Shown: piece after piece, positions 26,397 through 40,790 of the stretch
Numbering within the stretch: position 1 is the first letter of the stretch
Layout of the letters: the number at the start of each line of letters is the position of its first letter
Source: Octopus vulgaris
Taxonomy: Eukaryota
Reading direction: 5' to 3'
Length of the DNA stretch: 64,000 nt
Assembly: GCA_951406725.2 (NCBI GenBank)
Contig: OX597816.1
Coordinates: 111,166,001-111,230,000 of the forward strand
Translations under genes and position numbers: made by a program
The notes under the pieces: model-generated
Told to the model about the DNA's origin: nothing
Database searches by the model: none
Seen by the model: only the letters and a program-made list of their open reading frames with translations

Positions 26397-26447
<51 letters not shown>
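25841..26447. repeat. (AAT)n / (CTA)n / (GAT)n microsatellite cluster containing an older LINE 3' remnant (~26010-26230)
   Basis: Visible tracts; remnant translates KIVLTSIACILNKTLSI*, resembling the LINE C-terminus. Confidence 0.8.
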
Positions 26448-26450
<3 letters not shown>

Positions 26451-26972
26451 TTTAACGGAACCCATAACAAAACCAAGCATAAGGAGAGCGGACGGATAAT
26501 GGTAAATACTATAATATAGTTGATTTAGGAGTTACACACACACACTCGCTACTCTATACAACAAACCTCCAAAAACATACAAGAATAAACTCATTCTGTA
26601 AATACCCAACAAAATGAACAAAACCCACAACATGTGCCAAAGAAGACCGATACCCGACAGAAAAAGACAACCTTCGCTACACAAACAACAGACAAGATAA
26701 AAACTAATACAACACAAGGCTCAAACAAAACCCCATAAAATGACATATTGATACAAATCAATATCCCACCGGAAAAAAATGCAGCACACACCCCAAAGGT
26801 GCAACAAATGATGCAATAGGAAGTTGGTTGAAACTTTCAGATGTCGAGAAATAATAGTGGTGGCGAACGTTACCTTACCTCATATTGCTGCTTCGTGTAA
26901 AAATCTAGGCAAGCGGGGTCACAATCACCATTGTGATATGAAAGACGAACAATGGTTGGAGCCATTTATTTT

Positions 26973-27046
26973 CTTGCAATACATTTGTATATACACACGG
27001 TAACATCATGCAGATGTACCGCGTGTATATACAAATGTATGGCAAG
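26973..27046. repeat. Near-perfect inverted repeat (hairpin), ~34-bp arms, 5-nt loop
   Basis: cttgcaatacatttgtatatacacacggtaacatc-atgca-gatgtaccgcgtgtatatacaaatgtatggcaag. Confidence 0.9.
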
Positions 27047-27769
27047 TGTACGGTACACTACAAAATAAGAAAAATATAAAATAAGACAAACTTAAATACA
27101 AAAATTATTTGAACAGGGTTTTACTGATATTTGACTCCCTGATATACAGCTTTCTTTTAACAAAGTTTAATTACAAAATATATTCAACATATTCATTATG
27201 ACTGACACACGTGGGCGAAAAGTACCAAATGAGAGGGGAAAATATTTGATATACTGAAACACTTTTACCCATTGATGCACAATTATCTACACATCATAAT
27301 ATGTCTCAGATTAATGTAAGGAAAACAACTAGGTATATTTGAATTATTTTACAAAAACTTTGTCGCCTAATCATTCTAGAAGCTGCTGAAAATTAGTCAA
27401 ACTGGTACTAAACCACGTTTGCAGCAACATAAAATAACCAAAGAAGAACATTCAGGGATGAAAGTGGGTTTTCTGAGATATAGACGGACACAAAAGAGAC
27501 CCATCCCTTTTCCTGAAAACAAAGCAACCTCAATCCCTGATACAAACCAGAAGTTACTCACTTCTGACAAGTTGTGAAAACTAATACTAAATAGTAATAC
27601 AGTAGACAACACCTCAGTTTATGAGAGACAGGGGTTTCCGAAAAACTCTGGTTGTAACAGCGAAAATGAAGCTGGACTTTTAGAGAAAGGCGTCTCAGTC
27701 GGCAATGGAACAGTAAAGATGCATACTGACCACAGCTGTCATCCTAATACAGCATCAGCAGATAGTAGA

Positions 27770-28300
27770 GCTAAGAGAAGGATGTAGGTCAGCGAAGGAA
27801 ACAGGATAGTGATACAGTGCTACTTACAAAGAGAACCTAAATGAAGGGGCTATAGAAAACGGATGTTAACAGTTTGGGTACAAAAGGGTGTGTTTAAATT
27901 GACTGGGCAGATATTACTTGATGAAGCTAATGCTATTAGGAGAAGGAAGTGGATGGCAGAATTGGAGGTAGAAGAGATCACAAGAGAACTGGAAAAGAAA
28001 GACCAGGCAGTGGAAAAGACAAACAACAACATAGGAAATACTTCTCAAACTAAAGAAGAGCCTAAATAAAAAAAATAATAATAGCGCTATAAATAAGGAA
28101 GGGACAACTGGCACTAACGACTTAAGTGATTTAAGTGAGGAAGATCAGATGATTTTAGATGAGTTGCAAGAAGTAATAAGTAAAAAAGTAAGAAAACGAT
28201 CGCCAGGATTAAAAATAAAAACATCAAGAGAAGGAAGCTACAATAAATGAGTAAGAATGTAGATGCAGTTATCTGAAAAATTCCGAGTTGATTTTGATTA
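27770..28300 (+). pseudogene. Decayed N-terminal region of an R4/Dong-like LINE ORF
   Basis: VIQCY...P..RGYRKRMLTVW...LLDEANAIRRRKWMAELEVEEI resembles the N-terminal block of R4-clade ORFs. Confidence 0.6.
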
Positions 28301-29415
28301 AACATACTTCAAGAAGTGAATTCGCAACATTTTGAACATTGTTAGCCGTTTACCACCTTCTTTACAAATTACGTGGAAGAGCACGTGGAAGAGAAGTGCT
28401 CTTGAGTACAAAAGTTCCAAGGGAGATTATCCTAAATTCAATTTTCTGGTAGTGTTTACTACTAAACCTGCATCAGATGTGAATGCCCTCGTCTATGGCA
28501 AAATGATGATAAAGAAACATCACGATCATGCGTCAAAGACTGCTACTACTACAAGCTTGACTACTAGTGCTACTAGTCACAGAGACAATATACATCATAC
28601 AGGTACTTATGCGCATCCAGAGCCAATATGAGTATTGTGTAATAGACATCATCGATTGTGTTATTACCAAATGTTTCGAAGAATGACACCGAAAGGCAGG
28701 TTAGGCGTTGTCATGGAACGCAAATTGTGTCATAATTGCCTTTCATCTAGATACGATACAGAATCATATAGGAAACAATCTGTCTGTAATGTGGAAGGTT
28801 GTAGTAAAAAACACACCATGTACATTCATGTAAATAAATACACCAAGTCAGGAGAGTAATGTGTCAAATACTAATATATCTGCTAGTACTGATTCAGTTA
28901 CACACAAAGCAGTTATACGAATTAGAGTGAATGTTGGTATGTAAGTGTTTGTCCTGCATGATACAGGATCAAGTAATTCCTTTTGTGTAAGTAATTTAGC
29001 AAAACGATTGCGCTTGCAGGGTGAAAGTGTGTCATATAATTTGAATAAATTGAACAGATCTACATCTGCTAAGTCAGGAAATGTCGGCTCATCTTTATGT
29101 ACTGAAGATGATGATAGTTTATAGATTTCTAGTGTATATGTGGTTGACGAAATCCCAGTAAAAACAACAAAGATAGATTTGAGCAAATATGAACATCATG
29201 ATATTAGCATGCCACATTTTGATAATTCTTGCCAAGTTGATCTATTACTAGGTCAAGATCATTCAGAAGCCTTTATACAATTAGAGGTACGTAAGGGAAA
29301 CAAAGGTGAGCCCTTTGCTGTTAGAACAATCTTTGGTTGGTGTATCAATGGCCAGTTAAAAAGGTTAGTCGTCAAGTCATATCTAACTTTGTTACTATGC
29401 CGCCCCCTGTAGTTA
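28300..29415 (+). mobile_element. BEL/Pao LTR retrotransposon fragment (gag cysteine motifs + aspartic protease), decayed
   Basis: KLCHNCL...CNVEGCSKKHTMYIH, LHDTGSSNSF, VDLLLGQD...PFAVRTIFGWCING. Confidence 0.85.
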
Positions 29416-29424
29416 CAAATGACA

Positions 29425-29735
29425 TACTTAGAATATGCCAGACTTTACAGTCCTAAATGAGGAAAAAATCAATATGAGAGGTATAGGTAAGATAGCAAAG
29501 TACCAAGACCTAGTCATTGAATTACAGAGACTATGGAAAGTGCGGGTAAAATGTATTTCAGTAGTTATAGAGGCATTAGGAACTATCCCTAAAGATTTGA
29601 ACAGATGGATAGAGGAAATTGGCATAAAACCCGGTTTACCACAGCTTCAGAAAACAATGATGTTAGCTACAGCTACAATATTTACAAGGAGTCTTGACAT
29701 CTAAGGTTACTTGTTGTAGCCGGATGTTAGGATAT
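29425..29735 (+). pseudogene. 3' end of an RLE-type LINE (older subfamily)
   Basis: KIAKYQDLVIELQRLWKV...VVIEALGTIPK...LQKTMMLATATIFTRSLDI*. Confidence 0.8.
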
Positions 29736-29754
29736 TTTAAACAACAGTTTAATC

Positions 29755-32692
29755 CAGTATTTCCCAAACTTTTCGCGCCAAATTGCAATATCGCCCACCT
29801 ATCGGCCACAAAATGCTCCATCGCCCTCAATACAAAATCCCTTAGGACCAACGCCCTGTATCATTTGACACACACACCCTATATCGTAAACTCGCTACCC
29901 TGTTAGTGGCGTTTGGACTAAATATGCAGTTGTTTACAAATCCTGTATTGTGTGTTTAGGTTTTTCATTAGTGTAAATAAAATTCTAACGGTAATTCTAT
30001 ATTATGCAGAAAGATTATCTTCTGGAAACTTGCGCTTTCTTTTACACTCATTTTCCTTTTCCCCAAATCAACCATTGATCAGAAATACCGATGCAAAAAT
30101 AATTAACAATTATAAAGAAAAATAATAAATCTTTTTTAATGAGAACCATGTGACAGGTGGGATGCTGCTAGTGCAGATACATTCGGTTTCAAACTTATCA
30201 ACTTTAGCCGCAAGTCAGCAGTCCAATTCTTTTATGGGAAAATAAAATTGCAACATGGTTAAAACCAGAGTCAACCAGGTATGAGGTAGAGAAGGCAAGC
30301 AAAAGTAATTTCAGATGTTTCCACAGATTGGGGTAGGAATTTAATAAACTCTGATGTTACCACAAACCTTCTTTACCATTACAGCGATATCGCATTGTGG
30401 TGTCATTGTCATTTTGTAATTCTATCAATTCCTCCCGAACATCATCCTCGCAATCGACTGCATCGACCTCAAACGGATTGCTATACCACTTTGGACTATT
30501 CAGCGTAATAACGTCTTGAAATCGCTCCACCACGTTATCGTGTAAATAGTTGCGATATGTGGTTAAATCCTCATCAATCAATTCAAATTTCAAAGAATCA
30601 AGTAGTGGAAATTGATGGAATTGACGTTTTGAAATGTAGTCTTAAACAAAACCAATTTCGAAATGAAGGTATTGATAATGATTTACAATCAACGGGGGTT
30701 TTCTGTTTCTTTGCAATAACTTATTCAAATAATTTAATTTCGTGAATATATCACAAAGAAAAAAGACATCGCACCTTGCAGCCATCAATGAAGCGGATAG
30801 CGGAGTATTTTCAAAGAAAAAATTATATAAAACAGTTCAACAAAGCGTAAAACAGTTTCTTTTGACTGCCACCGCACTACATTATAAGTGTTTAGAATGG
30901 TCCTCAACATTTCTCAGACAGAGCTGATGGAAAATTCAATATGTTCAAAGTCTTGATAGCTAACTGTAGCACATCATTCAATCTACTGTTCATATTGGTA
31001 GCCACTAAATGTTGCCTATGTGCCAAGTAATGAACAGTTAGTATCTGGTAGAAACTTTCACGCTTTGGGAGAGATGAAACACCTCTGTATCTTCCTATCA
31101 TCGAAGGGGCTCCCTCAGACGACTGGCAAGAAAATTACTGAGTTGGATATTATGTTCAAAAAGAAAAGACTTGAGAGTGCGAAAAATAGTTGCACCTTTT
31201 GAATCTAGCGGCAATTTCTCTGTGAACAGCATTTCCTCACAAGGTTGAAGGACATCGCTGAAAAACCGAACATATACCATCATCAAACATTGATTGTTGA
31301 CAACAGCTGATTCATCCACTTCTATAAAAAATTCAGAACGCTGGAGAATATTAATGAGCTGATGTTTGACATCGTTGGCTATTTCATCGATGTGTCTAAA
31401 AATTGTGCTATTACTAAGTGGCATCTTCTTCATAATGTTATCGCGTTTTTCGTGCATAACGGTTGGCAAAACCTCTTCGATAACTGGGCGAAGTAATGTT
31501 TCTCCAATTGTGTAAGACTTCCCAGACTTAGCACCAAGCAATACAATGTTGTACGATGCAATCAACCCATCATTCTTCTGTTTACTAATTTCATGGGTTA
31601 GCGTGTTTGTATTTGCTTTCTGAAAGAGAAGCTTAGTTGCAAAAAGTATGACAACAGCTTGTCCTTGTTAGAATGCTTCGCATCAAAGTGATACTTCAAG
31701 CCTGAAGGTTTCGTTGCTTCGGTGGTCAATGTTTGATGGCAAATAAGGCATTTTGGTAACTAAACGTTCTGAGAAAAGGGAATAAATCCAAACGATAAAA
31801 AATTGCTACTGTACTGTCAAGAAATTTTCTTGACTGGAGGCATCAGTAAAGTGAAAATGTGAGAACGAGTTTCTATTGACGGCATCAGAAAGGCAGTATG
31901 GTATTCCCAAAGAAAAGAAGAAGCCAATAGAGTAAATTCAAATGACACGTCTTTACTGGAGCAAATACGAATCTGGTTCATTTGGCTGCCAGTATTTCAA
32001 ACATTAAAGTTTATCGAAAATATTAGTATCTAGCATATTAATGTAACTTTCCAAGATAAATTGCTGGAGTTATTCAACTTTTTTTGGGAAAAGGTTTTTA
32101 AAAAGTTATAGAGATTTAAAATTTGATCATTTTCATCCAATCAAGAAACACGATTTCAAAGCTGTCATTTTGTGTGTGACTGCACATTTTGTCAACATCC
32201 TGAAAATAGTATTTTTGTTTTGATATGAAACCACAGAATTGCGCATGACATATAACCCCTCATAATTTTTTTTATTTTTCGATGTTTTCAGAAAAGTTTG
32301 GCGAATTTGAATTCTATTCGTGTGACTTCATACGATTATGCAAAACAAAAAAAAATTGTAATGGAGTGTGATTTAACGCCTAGGCCTATTTGGCTGCTAA
32401 TTTTCGTACGCATGACATCCATCCAATGACTGTGAGAAAAACTTTCGATCGATAGACAAGTCCGCATTTTTGATAGGAAGGGACGTCACGTACGATTAAC
32501 CAGATCGATAAAAGTGCATCCTTATTCTGAGCATGACTAGATATAAGTAAATGCAAACTTAATCTCTAAAATTTCATTGTCACCCACAAATGTTCATATC
32601 GCTCACCCAAATCTCAAATCGCCCACCATTTTCAAGAAATTCGCCCATCTCCCACATGTAAGTTGAAATCGCCCACTTTGAGAAGCTACTAA
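29755..32692 (-). mobile_element. hAT (Buster/Charlie-like) DNA transposon relic, probably with a nested insertion at ~31970-32580
   Basis: ASY...KSYTIGETLLRP, MPLSNSTIFRHIDEIA, IEVDES, HYLAHRQHL, NPF...EELIELQND; TIR-like cagtatttcccaaactt at 29755. The right boundary (ttgagaagctact near 32690) is tentative. Confidence 0.8.
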
Positions 32693-32718
32693 ACTCTAAT
32701 CTGTTGTATGTATATGAA

Positions 32719-32766
<48 letters not shown>

Positions 32767-32815
32767 TAATAATAATAATAATAACAACAACAACAACAAT
32801 GATAATAATAATAAC

Positions 32816-32875
<60 letters not shown>

Positions 32876-32877
<2 letters not shown>

Positions 32878-33605
32878 GACCAAAGCCTCCCCACCAGAAA
32901 TTACCAAAAACATGTAATGAAAAGAAATATAAAAAGTAACTACAGAATATGTGGAGATGGACAAGAAACAATAAATCATATTATCTCTAGCTGCCCAGTC
33001 CTGGCTAAGAAGGAATATATTCACAGACATGACAGAGTTGAAAGCAACATACATTGGAAGCTATGCCAACATTATGGAATAACAACAGAAAAAAGATGGT
33101 ATAGGCACACACCGGAAAAGGTCACAGAAAACGAGAAAGCAACCATACTCTGGGATATGCCGATACACACAGATAGAGAAATTAAGGCCAACAGACCAGA
33201 TATAGTTGTCAGAGATCATGAAGAAAAAATGCTTTCTAATTGATGTATCAATACCGGCAGATGACAACGTGTCTCTAAAAGAAATGGAGAAACTCTCAAA
33301 ATACAAATACCTGGAAATAGAGGTAACCAGAATGTGGAATCTAAAAACAGAAACAATTCCTATCATAGTAGGTGCATTAGGCATGATAAAAAAATATTCA
33401 GACAAATACGTAACAAAAACACCAGGACTTACAAACACATATAACATACAGAAAATTGCACTACTAGGCAATGCACACATCCTACGCAGAACACTTTCCA
33501 TACAATAACCATCAGAGCATCACAACAAATCATAGCACATACCCAAGGCACACAGAGCTGCGCTCGGTAGTGAAGTGAAAACACGTTATAAAAATAAAAC
33601 TACTG
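32876..33605 (+). mobile_element. R4/Dong-clade LINE, 5'-truncated copy 2 (frameshifted), embedded in (AAT)n
   Basis: Near-identical to 25110-25840; (AAT)n on both sides, followed by (AAG)n. Confidence 0.92.
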
Positions 33606-33606
33606 A

Positions 33607-33665
<59 letters not shown>

Positions 33666-33888
33666 AAGAAGAAGAAGAAGAAGAAGAAGAAGAAGAAGAA
33701 GAAGAAGAAGAAGAAGAAGAAGAAGAAGAAGAAGAAAAAGAAGAAATGAACAAGCAACATGGACGTGTGACAGTGAGCTGCAGGGAAGATTAGATCAAAT
33801 TTGAAACCATCACGAACCAGGAATTAAGAATCCACATGAACAATGAAAGGAAACTATGTTATAATGTATGCCATCTCAAGAAACTGGA

Positions 33889-33997
<109 letters not shown>

Positions 33998-34191
33998 AAA
34001 ACCTAACTTCCTTCAGATACGCCGCCACAACAACACGTGCGTGAAAATATAAACACATGGATTGCAATATATCCATGCGAAAACTGCAAATTTGTGAGTA
34101 GAATATTGGATTTAATATTTTAATTAGATATACATCCATATTCACACAAGATCCCTCGCTCTCCACCCCCCCTCTCTCTCTCTCTACATAT

Positions 34192-34250
<59 letters not shown>

Positions 34251-34453
34251 CACGTATGCACATTGCTGTCTCTTCTCGGTCTCTCGCTTACACATCAATA
34301 ATGATTATAATACGAAAGAAACAGCAACACATGGCCATGAGCGTTGTTCTGTCACAAAGTAAATACTGTAAAAAGAAATCGAAACGCCAGCTTAATTTAA
34401 TTCATCCTTAGTCGAAAGAAACCTGTTGTTATGTCCTGTTATTTGTATTGTTT

Positions 34454-35145
34454 TCATATACATTCACTGCTTTCTTCCAAGGAATCTAATGCTCTTAGCT
34501 TAGTTTTTTCTTGGGGCTGGCCAGATTGGAGCAATCTCGTGTATAAGCAGCCGAAATTGCAAAGATAATCTGGAACACAACTAAGGATAGAAACTTCGAA
34601 AGACCCGTCCTTGTTTTCATCTGTCTGGATGTATTGCGTTCCTGTCCTATTTTTGTAATATATATATATGCTAGCCTTTTCGTGTTCAGCAGCCGTCGCG
34701 GCAAGACACATTTTTTCTCTCTCTTGCCCTAAGGTATTTTTCTAACGCCAGCTCAAAATTCATTCGTCCTGCCGAAAAGACGCTTGTCTGTGACGTCCTG
34801 TTCTTGTTATAAGTATTATCATTATTGTTTTTACGTATTTTTGTATTCTTATTCGTGTTATCATTATTGTTTTTACGTATTTTTGTATTTTTATTCGTGT
34901 AACATCGTCTGGTTTTCCGTTCTTGTTTTGTATACATTCGAGGCTTTCTTCCAAGGAACCTATTGCGCTCGGCTTAGATTTTCCTTTGGGGGTGGCCAGA
35001 TCGGAGCAATCTGAAGATTAATCAGCCGAAATTGTGAGGATGATCCGGTTCTAGACTGAAGATTGAAGGCATCGAATGTCCCGTCCGTGTTTTTTGTATC
35101 GTCTTCTAAATGTTTTACGTTCTTGTCCCAGTTTGTATTTTTTAC
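34454..35145. repeat. Two diverged copies of a ~200-bp dispersed repeat (34454-34655 and 34930-35130) with a linker containing a ~39-bp tandem duplication
   Basis: Shared blocks atacattc..gctttcttccaaggaa, tggccagat-ggagcaatct, cagccgaaattg, cccgtcc. Confidence 0.75.
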
Positions 35146-35154
35146 ATTTACACA

Positions 35155-35299
<145 letters not shown>

Positions 35300-35452
35300 T
35301 ATCAGTAATCTTACCATATTCGTTGCGTACCAATGAATGCTTTAATATTAATTGGTCTCTTTAGTTTCGGACCTCTGGAGCTAGCAGAAAGGTCCGCACG
35401 AAATGCGGCTTTTAAGCTAGTAATTAATTAAATAACCCATTATTTGACTATC

Positions 35453-35530
<78 letters not shown>

Positions 35531-36574
35531 CAGAAATATCGTACCATCATTTTATTAAACAGATTATCAGATGTTCTTATACATTGCACACTTCTGCTCC
35601 ATTTAGAGCCTACTTTTTTTAACTTAGCTGTCTTCCTATTGTTTTAGTGGCATGTCTTCCAAGAGGTCTCTTCTGGTCACTTGAATACTACTTTACAACT
35701 CTACAGGATCTCTTTTTTTCAGTGAGCTTTACATAAGGAACAATTATATTCTTGAATCTTTAACTGAAATTAACTTTGAGCATGTATTCTTAAGATTTTG
35801 AAATCAGTATTTTTTAGTCTCATCACACACTGAGCTGAGAACAGTTCATTCTAGCATTTCGACTTCGTTTAAAACAAAGTTAGTTAATTTCCTCTACAAT
35901 TCTATTTTCAAAAAAGGAAACAAGTGTAATTTAAATGTTACTTTGTATTTGTAAACAATGACAATAGGTTACATTAAATTATAATTGATGCTAAGGCAGA
36001 TCTGTTGACCGTACTAGATAAACTATACTAAAATTACTGTCAGATAGTTTCTCTTTCTCATTCATTTCCATTAGAATATCTTAGAAATTGCTAAAATCAC
36101 ATTAAATTATATTTTGTGTCTTCGATTTGCATTTTGCCACTGCTTTTATGAAGACAGCAGGAGCTCCATTTTAAATATGATTTTTAACTTTATAATTGCA
36201 AATTCAGTGCAGACTCAATGTCAAAACAAACTGGGAAAACAAAAGGCAAACACTTTCCATTTCGTTTTATCTATTTTTCTGAGTAATAAACGGAGAAAAG
36301 GGGACTACGAGTTATTTCTTAAAGCGTATCACTTGTTTGAAAACAGTCTTAAGAATATCAAAAATTCCAAACATACTTATTTTTTTTTTAACATTTGATT
36401 CCTAGAATTGTCTGTAAAGTATATGATGACGTATCTAATACATTGTATAGCTTACATTGAGTAAGTATGTATCACATCAAGTCTTAGATAATCAAGGTTC
36501 TGCCAAAAGATTATTGTTTTAAAATTAATTATCCTTCTTTATGCTACATTTGATATCATACATTGTTTACACAG

Positions 36575-36618
<44 letters not shown>

Positions 36619-36622
36619 ACAC

Positions 36623-36691
<69 letters not shown>

Positions 36692-36899
36692 ACAAATTAT
36701 ATATCAGAAACAAGTTAAAAATAATTGTCATTACTTGTAATTCATTTATTAGACCAAATGTGGTTCACTGCTGTTTCCAGTAGTCCTTATAGGTGCATTA
36801 CTGATAGGGTTACTCAATTGGTCTATTGATCATTTGAAGTAAATTGAACGACCTAAGAAAATTAATATTACTTTCATCAGATATTATTATTTCCAGCAA

Positions 36900-37272
36900 T
36901 TGGTCTGACGACATTTGAACTGGTGACATTTGAAGTCTGACAACATTTGAACTGGTGACGTTTGAACTCTGTGACAATATTTGAACTGGTGATATCAGTG
37001 TTTGACTGTCATATCCTCGTCACCATAGAATTTTTTCAATCTCATCGAAAGTCTCTTTTGGTGTACGGACTTTCAAGTATAAGAGCCTGATCACTGATCT
37101 GCATGCTGCTGCATATATTTTAACATCTTGGTCCACTTCAGCAGCCGTAAAATACAAACGACTACAATTTACAATGTGACATAGAGAGACATGTATGATT
37201 ATACCTGTTGAAGATCAGTTTTCTGCTATAACCGGAAGTAGGTCACAGGAAATCTGTAATGAACACGCCTCG
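36900..37272 (-). mobile_element. mariner relic (5' TIR + N-terminal HTH)
   Basis: Minus strand TA|cgaggcgtgttcattacag terminus; CRSVIRLLYLKVRTPKETFDE resembles a mariner N-terminus. Confidence 0.7.
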
Positions 37273-37458
37273 TACATACATACACACACACACACATATA
37301 TACACACGCACACACATATATACATACATACATGAAAATATATATATACGTAAAGATATATATATATATATACATACACACATATACATACATATATATG
37401 TGTGTGTGTGCGCGCATTTGTATATTACACACACACACAAACACACACACACACACAT

Positions 37459-37515
<57 letters not shown>

Positions 37516-37638
37516 AGTAAATGTATGCATATACGAAGGGGTTCTTTCAGTTTCCAACTTTCAGATTTACACACAAAGCTTTGGTCAACCCGAGGCTATA
37601 GTAGAAGCCACTTGCCAGGGTGATATGTAGGTGGGGAA

Positions 37639-37696
<58 letters not shown>

Positions 37697-37860
37697 GCAT
37701 ACGTACATAGGTATATATATATATGTATGTATATATATATATATAAAAAGGATGTGTTATAATACTATGCCACAAATACAAAAACAGCCATACCAGCAAT
37801 CCATCATATCTCCATCATCAGCTGCCCCTCGGATATCATTATGATTTCGACACAAGCTAC

Positions 37861-38200
37861 AGGCGCATGACTCAGTGATTAGAGCGTCGGTCACACTATT
37901 CTGAGGTAGTGAGTTAGATTCCCGGACAGAATTGTGTGTTGTGTTCTTGAGCAAGACACTTAGTCTAACGTTGCTCCAGTTCACTCAGCTGTAGAAATGC
38001 GTTGTGACGTCACTGGTGCCAAGCTGCAGCAGCATTTGCCTTTCGTTTGGACAACATCAGTGGCATGGAAAGAGGAGGTTGGTATGCATGGGTGACTGCT
38101 TGTCTTCTATAAACAACATTGCCCGGACTTGTGCCTCGGAGAGGATCTTTCTAAGCACAATCCCATAGTCAATCTTGACTGAAGTGGGCTTTTACCCACG
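37861..38200 (+). mobile_element. tRNA-derived SINE (third family)
   Basis: Head ggcgcatgactcagtgattagagcg...gagttagattccc (A/B-box-like); core tgtgttcttgagcaagacactt. Confidence 0.8.
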
Positions 38201-38489
38201 TTTCTTTTCATTCTTACACAGTTTGCGTAGGCACATTGTACTGAAATACAGAGCAATGCATCGACTGGGAAGATTTTATTTACACATTCAGCATGAACAT
38301 ATTACCATGAGCAAAACAATCACGGACTTACCAAAGCCTCGAGAGAGGATCTGACCGATAGAAACTGAGAGAAGCCCGTCGTATATGTATAGATATATGT
38401 GTGTGCATGTGTGCATGTGTGTTTGTGTATGTGTGGATGTTTTTTGTGCGTGTATGCCTATTCAACACATCAAATAGACCAATAAAATA

Positions 38490-38720
38490 AATACCTATTT
38501 CTTTACTACCCACAAGGGGCTAAACACAGAGAGGACAAACAAAGACAGACAAACGGATTAAGTCAATTATATCGACCCCAGTGCGTAAGTGGTACTTATT
38601 TAATTGACCCCGAAAGGATGAAAGGCAAAGTTGACCTCGGCGAAATTTGAACTCAGAATGTGGCGGCAGACGGAATACTGCTAAGCATTTCGCCGGCCTG
38701 CTAACGATTCTGCCAGCTCG
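38490..38720 (-). mobile_element. tRNA-derived SINE (Nin/Deu-like central domain)
   Basis: Reverse complement closely matches 61517-61750, including gcctttcatcctttcggggtc. Confidence 0.85.
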
Positions 38721-39529
38721 TCTAAAATAAATACCAAGCTTTAAAAATTAAGCACTAGGGTTCATTCGTTCGGCTAAAAGGTTTCTTCAGCTCTATGGCT
38801 GGCCTTTTTCATGACCAACTATATTTGGACGTTACGCCAATCTATGTCAGTCTCTATCCAGAAAGTGTATGATCTACTCCGAACACTAAAGGAAACTGAG
38901 GCCATGAAGAATATATTGGTCTACTAGGAGCTTCAATGAATCACTTCTCCTACATAGGAACTAAGCTAATTCGATATCCTCTCCATTAGTTCAGGTTCTT
39001 AATTAAATAGGTATGTGCAACAATAATAGTTCAATAAAACAACACAATAGCACTCTTTGTTAAACTTAAAGGCACAATATTAAATGATATATGCAGATGT
39101 CTAATTCTAGAATTAATAACCATGAAAGCGAAATCCATCAAAGCATTAGCCATATCAAAGAGATTATAGGTATTGTTGTTGCTGTTGTTGAAGGGTGTTT
39201 TATGTAGAGTAAGCTAATGAATAACTAATGTTACGTTGTGCAAACTTGTGAATCTCTTTAAGGAGGCATGTGATTATCCTATCATAATCAATTATATGGA
39301 ACATTTCGGAATGTTTATCTTAATTTAATCTACATACTCTCAAATGGCTGATAAAAACTGCAGTAAGCATTCTTAATGGCATATCAGAACAGTATGTGTG
39401 TATGGGTGTTCGGGTGTATTTAACAATATTCATAAATGATATGTACAAACAGGCAAACATACGTACGTACACAAATACCCATATGCACGCACACACTAAC
39501 AATCACACACAAAAATACATATACGTATG

Positions 39530-39640
<111 letters not shown>

Positions 39641-40233
39641 GTTATTAGGCTTGCAACTGTACAATTTCAGCAAGCGTAATAAGTGTAATATTCTCAAATC
39701 AAAACATTATATAAATGTCAATTTATATGCTTCAGTGCCTGTATTTTTTATTATTGAATAAAGAAGGTTTAATGCATTTTTGTATATTTATTTTAAAAAA
39801 TACATAATAAATTTCGTAATGAATTTAAATTATACATTATTTGTTTTCAGGTAACATCATAATGTAATCTTAAAGAACTTATAATTTTGCAATTCCTGTC
39901 AAACACATTGTGGTCACTTAAAGTTTGCATCAAATTATAAAACAAGCACTTTTACATGGTGACGAAAACAAACCTAGATTAATCTGTCTGGAATTGGTGC
40001 TTACAATGTCTGATATAAATATATAAATAGTTAATATATTTGTATGTGTGTGTATGTGTGTGTGTGTGTGTGTTAATGTTTGTATGTGTATGCTTGCGTG
40101 TATATCTGTTGTGCGTGTATTTATTCAGAGAGTGAAAAGAAAAGGAGGGGTTGTTGAATGGATGGATGGATGGATTGATGTATGGAAGGATGAATGGACA
40201 GATGCATGGACAGATGGATAAATAAATAAATAA

Positions 40234-40234
<1 letters not shown>

Positions 40235-40280
<46 letters not shown>

Positions 40281-40281
40281 C

Positions 40282-40333
<52 letters not shown>

Positions 40334-40532
40334 GTTGAGAAGATATACAGATAAATTAATTGTTTGATTGATAGATTGACAAAATAGATAGATAATAGCT
40401 AGCTAGCCGATAACTAGATAGATAGATAGATAGATAGCAAGAGAGAAAGACTGACAGACAGCCAGATAGATAGGTAGATAGATAGATAGATAAATAGATA
40501 GATAGCTAGATGATTAGATAGATAAATAGATT

Positions 40533-40631
<99 letters not shown>

Positions 40632-40790
40632 GGATCGACAGATAGACAGACAGACAAAGAGATACATACATACACATGCATACATACATATATACATACA
40701 TATGCACATGCACACATACACATGCATACATACATACATACATACATACATACATACATACATACATACATGTATTCATACATACATGAA
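40235..40790. repeat. (GATA)n and (CATA)n tetranucleotide microsatellites
   Basis: Directly visible; a similar (GATA)n tract lies at 59165-59323. Confidence 0.95.
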
